From Rhizophagus irregularis (taxonomy: Eukaryota): DNA of 64,000 nt. The stretch covers positions 2,976,001 to 3,040,000 of the forward strand of contig NC_089433.1 in assembly GCF_026210795.1 (NCBI RefSeq), read 5' to 3'. Shown in pieces: positions 62,058 to 64,000 of this stretch. The notes under the pieces were generated by a model. The model was not told the DNA's origin and did not search any database. It saw only the letters and a program-made list of their open reading frames with translations. The stretch's first letter is position 1; each line of letters starts with the position of its first letter. The position numbers and the translations under genes were made by a program.

Positions 62058-64000
62058 TAGTGTTCCAAACGAATCAAATCAGATGAATCCGATTTTGACT
62101 CGAATCCATTATTTAAAAAACATTACGTAACGTTTTTTATTTCAATTTAACGAATAAAAAACCGTTTCGCAACGGTTTTTTAATCATTTAATAAAAAATG
62201 TTGCGAAACGTTTTTTATTCCAATTTAACGAAAAAAAAACCATTTCGCAACGGTTTTTTAATCATTTTAATAAAAAACGTTATGAAACATTTTTTATTTC
62301 AATTTAATGAAAAAAAAACTGTTGCAAAACGGTTTTTTAATCATTTTAATAAAAAATGTTGCGAAACGTTTTTTATTCCAATTTAACGAATAAAAAAAAC
62401 CATTTCGCAACAGTTTTTAATATTTTAATAAAAAAATGTTTGCGAAACGTTTTTTTATTCAATTTAATGAAAAAAAACCATTTCGCAACGGTTTTTTAAT
62501 CATTTTAATAAAAAACGTTGCGAAATATTTTTTATTACAATTTAACGAATAAAAAAAACCGGTTTGCAATGGTTTTTAATATTTTAATAAAAAAGCGTTT
62601 GTGAAAGCGTTTTTTTATTCAATTTAATGAAAAAAACCGTTTCGCTAAGCGGTTTTTAATTATTTTAATAAAAAAATGTTGCGAAACATTTTTTTATTTC
62701 AATTTAATGAAAAAACTGTTTTGCAACGGGTTTTCAATTATTTTAATAAAAAAGCGTTGCGAAAGCGTTTTTTATTTTCAATTTTTTAACGAAAAAAAAA
62801 CCATTTCACAAGCGGTTTTTTAATATTTTAATAAAAAAAGTTTGCGAAATGTTTTTTTATTTCAATTTAATGAAAAAAAACTGTTTACGCTTGGTTTTTA
62901 ATATTTTGATAAAAAAAGCGTTGCAAAAGCATTTTTTATTACAATTTAATGAAAAAAACTGTTTCTGAACGGTTTTTTAATATTTTGATAAAAAAGCGTT
63001 GCGAAACATTTTTTTATTTCAATTTAATGAAAAAAACTGTTTCACAAGCGGTTTTTTAATATTTTAATAAAAAAGCGTTGCGAAGCGTTTTTTTATTTTC
63101 AATTTAATGAAAAAAAACCATTTCGCAACAGTTTTTTAATATTTTAATAAAAAAAATGGTGCGAAATGTTTTTTTATTTCCCCGAATTTAATGAAAAAAA
63201 ACGTTTCACAACGGGTTTTTAATATTTTAATAAAAAAACATTTGTGAAAGCGTTTTTATTCAATTTAATGAAAAAAAACCGTTTACGAACGGTTTTTTAA
63301 TCATTTTAATAAAAAGCGTTGCGAAATATTTTTTATTACAATTTAACGAATAAAAAAAACCGGTTTGCAATGGTTTTTAATATTTTAATAAAAAAACGTT
63401 TGTGAAACGTTTTTTTATTCAATTTAATGAAAAAAAACCGTTTCGCAACGGTTTTTAATTATTTTAATAAAAAAATGTTGCGAAACATTTTTTTATTTCA
63501 ATTTAATGAAAAAACTGTTTTGCAACGGGGTTTCAATTATTTTAATAAAAAACGTTGCGAAACATTTTTTATTTCAATTTTTAATGAAAAAAATAACCAT
63601 TTCACAACGGTTTTTTAATATTTTAATAAAAAAACGTTGCGAAACGTTTTTTATTTTAATTTAATGAAAAAAAACTGTTTCGCAACGGTTTTTTAATATT
63701 TTGATAAAAAACGTTGCAAAACATTTTTTATTACAATTTAATGAAAAAAACTGTTTCGCAACGGTTTTTTAATATTTTGATAAAAAAACGTTGCGAAACG
63801 TTTTTTATTTCAATTTAATGAAAAAAACTGTTTCGCAACGGTTTTTTAATATTTTAATAAAAAAACGTTGCGAAACATTTTTTTATTTCAATTTAATGAA
63901 AAAAACCGTTTCGCAACGGTTTTTTAATATTTTAATAAAAACGTTACGAAACGTTTTTTTATTTCAATTTAATGAAAAAAAAACCATTTCGCAACAGTTT
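62058..64000. mobile_element. Second hAT-family end followed by a long alternating-palindrome array that runs off the window
   Basis: tagtgttccaaacg in the same orientation as at 57041; dimer unit of about 78 bp: aaaaccgtttcgcaacggttttt + aaaaacgttgcgaaacgttttt. Confidence 0.8.

Noticed and set aside
57555..64000. Palindromic repeat arrays as CRISPR
   Set aside because: Linkers are short and repetitive rather than unique spacers, units switch orientation, there are no cas genes, and the context is a eukaryotic hAT element.

Overview
Very AT-rich, intron-rich eukaryotic genomic DNA. Gene style and repeats suggest an arbuscular mycorrhizal fungus (Glomeromycotina, Rhizophagus-like); this is an inference. 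The window is mostly a nested transposon graveyard: two decayed CMC/EnSpm-like transposase genes, one of them split by an apparent inversion, a Tc1/IS630-type element inside a kinase-like pseudogene, a hAT transposase with a BED finger, LINE 3' fragments, and many MITEs with readable TIRs and TSDs (hAT, CACTA, PIF/Harbinger, TTAA and 2-bp-TSD types). Only two host genes look intact, a cytochrome P450 and a BAHD-type acyltransferase, arranged head to head. The most unusual signals are: (1) two arrays of structured spliceosomal introns separated by 15-40 nt exons with no ORF seen, one carried inside a 3.5-kb TIR element; (2) a 2.4-kb polyA/TSD retroposon encoding a non-RT protein, with a structured 5' end and a 3' motif shared with a LINE; (3) two LINE insertions at one nick site; (4) a MITE-bounded inversion inside a transposase gene. 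Coordinates were counted by hand; repeat boundaries are approximate.
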